Virus record (IMG/VR): IMGVR_UViG_3300044641_006939
Span: 1-28,937 of that record
Source: a virus
Taxonomy: Duplodnaviria > Caudoviricetes
DNA: 28,937 nucleotides
Reading direction: 5' to 3' (one strand)
Shown: positions 27,217 to 28,937 of the stretch, one piece after another
Layout: every line of letters begins with the position of its first letter
How positions within the stretch are numbered: position 1 is the stretch's first letter
Position numbers and translations under genes: made by a program
The notes under the pieces: model-generated
What the model saw: only the letters and a program-made list of their open reading frames with translations
Told to the model about the DNA's origin: nothing
The model's database searches: none

Positions 27217-27297
27217 ATGACATGGTTCGCACATAGACCTAAAAAATACCCAGTACCACCCTCACCCCCAGAGCCACACAGAACACCGCAAAGATAA
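27217..27297 (+). CDS. Unannotated 26-aa proline-rich peptide MTWFAHRPKKYPVPPSPPEPHRTPQR
   Basis: GGAG SD 27207-27210 with 6 nt spacing; fills the gap up to the next late-promoter motif. Confidence 0.5.
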   Translation: MTWFAHRPKKYPVPPSPPEPHRTPQR

Positions 27298-27309
27298 AAT
27301 AAATACTGA

Positions 27310-27918
27310 ATGAGATTCAGTGAAATTAAAGAAACTGTAGAAGACAGTTCAATGATCAATCGTTTGGCCAATGCTGTGGCCAAATGGATGTATCAAAATG
27401 AACCAGCAGAATATCCTGTTCAATCTATTGGAAAAATGACAGGTATTAAAGATACTCCTTTAAGTAAATTAGGAATTACATTTGATTACCTAGAAAAAGA
27501 TACAGTAGCAGAATATCATAGAGAACACGAAAGTAAACCTATGATTGTTGTAAATCTTGATGAATGGCACGATGAAGATTATGCCAGCATTGCCGAATAT
27601 GTAGCACATGAATTAAGACACGCATTAGACGATGTGAAATTTAAAGGTAAACATCATGTAAGTTACTGGGCAGCACAAGATAGATATCAGCAGCCTAAAA
27701 ATAAAGATGAACCTTACTGGAGTAAACCCAGTGAAATAAATGCTCGTGTTCAACAAGCATTGCACAATGTAGATTATATTAAAAGAGATAATCCAGGAGC
27801 CAGTATAAAAGAGTTATGGCCCGAAATTAAAGATATGTTAGATGAATTGAAACTAACAGAATATCCTGGATATGAAAGAATTGTTAAACGAGTGCTTGCC
27901 TACGCCACGCAAGATTAA
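27310..27918 (+). CDS. Zincin-like metallopeptidase-domain protein
   Basis: AHELRHALD (HExxH) plus downstream YW..PSEINAR Glu; ATAAATA at 27299-27305. Confidence 0.7.
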   Translation: MRFSEIKETVEDSSMINRLANAVAKWMYQNEPAEYPVQSIGKMTGIKDTPLSKLGITFDYLEKDTVAEYHREHESKPMIVVNLDEWHDEDYASIAEYVAHELRHALDDVKFKGKHHVSYWAAQDRYQQPKNKDEPYWSKPSEINARVQQALHNVDYIKRDNPGASIKELWPEIKDMLDELKLTEYPGYERIVKRVLAYATQD

Positions 27919-28597
27919 AGAATTCTAATATCTTAAACCACATCCAACCTATATCAAATTCCCACCACTTAGAACTTAGTTTAGGATTAGCTGGATTTTC
28001 ATGATGATTATTATGTAATTCCTCGCCACCTATTATGATTCCCCATGGAACAATATTAGTGCTTGAATCGTCAGTATCGGTGTTACGGTAACCAAAATAA
28101 TGTCCTAGGCCGTTAATAACACCAGCAGCCCAAAGAGGAATCCATAACATTTGTACTCCCCACACAATAAAACCAGCAAGGCCAAAAAGAACAAGGTCAA
28201 TGACCAACATCAAAAGAATCCCTAACCAGTTGTGGGGAGTATAAATGTTACGTTCTATCCAATCGTCTGGAGTACCTGCTCCATACGAGTTGATCATATC
28301 TTTATCTTTAGCAGCTTGACTGTAAAGGAATGCACCATAAAAAAGTACATAAAAAATACCATATACTTTTGGGCTGTGTGGATCTTCTAATCCATCGGTA
28401 AATCTGTGATGCTTTCGATGTACGGCTACCCATTGTTTAGTTATCATGCCAGTGGTAAGCCATAACCAAAATCTCATAAAGTGTTTTGCCACAGGATGAA
28501 ATTCGATTCCTCTATGTGCTTGACTACGGTGTAAAAAGAGAGTGACGCAGACTATGGTGATATGTGTCATCACCAGTGTTGCAATAATTGTATACAT
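27884..28597 (-). CDS. Membrane fatty acid (delta-9-type) desaturase
   Basis: His boxes HRSQAH, HRKHH and HNNHH; DPHSP; WWEFDIGW. Confidence 0.92.
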   Translation of the reverse strand: MYTIIATLVMTHITIVCVTLFLHRSQAHRGIEFHPVAKHFMRFWLWLTTGMITKQWVAVHRKHHRFTDGLEDPHSPKVYGIFYVLFYGAFLYSQAAKDKDMINSYGAGTPDDWIERNIYTPHNWLGILLMLVIDLVLFGLAGFIVWGVQMLWIPLWAAGVINGLGHYFGYRNTDTDDSSTNIVPWGIIIGGEELHNNHHENPANPKLSSKWWEFDIGWMWFKILEFFNLAWRRQALV

Positions 28598-28604
28598 TAG
28601 TTAC

Positions 28605-28745
28605 TTATCTACCTTGACCGCGGTATCGTTTAAAACTTTTCTTTTCTTGTTTATTCATAGTGCTTGTTTTAATTTTACCGCCTTGTTTGCTTAGTTTTAC
28701 AATAGGAGTATGAGCTGCTACTCCGGTACCTTTTGCTTTAGCCAT
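28605..28745 (-). CDS. Unannotated 46-aa basic peptide ending MNKQEKKSFKRYRGQGR
   Basis: AAGGGG SD; open frame; the YRGQG ending is recalled from small T4-like phage proteins. Confidence 0.75.
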   Translation of the reverse strand: MAKAKGTGVAAHTPIVKLSKQGGKIKTSTMNKQEKKSFKRYRGQGR

Positions 28746-28896
28746 TTATTTCCCCTTCGTTATCTTTGCAATCTGGACATAGGCATTCATTACAATCGCA
28801 ATCGTCTGTTAAACAACTATGTCCGCAATGTTTATGACATCCACAAGAGCATTTATTTGGTTTAATGTAAGACATATTATCTTCAAAAACATGCAT
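28738..28896 (-). CDS. Unannotated 52-aa Cys/His-rich metallothionein-like peptide
   Basis: MHVFEDNMSYIKPNKCSCGCHKHCGHSCLTDDCDCNECLCPDCKDNEGEING; AGGAG SD (28907-28911, minus strand); overlaps the start of the next ORF. Confidence 0.7.
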   Translation of the reverse strand: MHVFEDNMSYIKPNKCSCGCHKHCGHSCLTDDCDCNECLCPDCKDNEGEING

Positions 28897-28919
28897 TATA
28901 AATACACTCCTAGAGACTG

Positions 28920-28926
28920 TATTTAT
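28920..28926 (-). promoter_or_regulatory. Putative late promoter (ATAAATA on minus strand)
   Basis: Same motif as the other late sites, upstream of the SD of the minus-strand unit. Confidence 0.5.
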
Positions 28927-28937
28927 TTCCGCAGGAT

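Noticed and set aside
260-27383. Numerous 60-125 aa minus-strand and alternative-frame ORFs in the ORF track
   Set aside because: They lie inside well-supported genes, lack motifs and RBSs, and are shadows of biased codon usage.
1-28937. Cellular chromosome origin, stop-codon recoding, tRNA/rRNA genes
   Set aside because: Host-like genes are stripped of their usual operon partners and mixed with phage genes. Standard code gives full-length ORFs at high density. No cloverleaf or rRNA-like sequence was seen in the short intergenic gaps.

Overview
AT-rich, gene-dense, almost entirely + strand segment of a large T4-like/jumbo myovirus genome in the standard genetic code. The host is probably a proteobacterium, since DnaK, IscU/IscA and the desaturase look proteobacterial (inference). 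Left part (1-7028): putative head-internal/structural proteins, a PD-(D/E)XK exonuclease and a beta-helix tail protein. Middle (7229-15379): nrdA-sod-nrdB, a flavin halogenase-like gene, glutaredoxin, PAAR, a HAD nucleotidase, an Hc1-like protein with two unannotated basic micro-ORFs, and iscU-iscA. Next comes an envelope cluster (SleB-type hydrolase, a 3-TM protein, lipoproteins, a TM coiled-coil protein), then ribosomal protein bS21, a DEDDh exonuclease, dnaK-hsp20, clpS-hemO-pcyX, several candidate virion-packaged proteins, and a minus-strand unit (metallothionein-like micro-ORF, basic micro-ORF, fatty-acid desaturase). The main observations that the ORF track does not explain are: (1) twin ROSE-like RNA thermometers in front of dnaK and hsp20; (2) a shared T4 capsid-targeting-like N-terminal tag and hydrophobic-x-E sites on unrelated proteins; (3) five unannotated micro-ORFs; (4) sigma70 and TAAATA late promoters, several positioned to give leaderless mRNAs. 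All family assignments come from motif recognition by eye; no searches were run.
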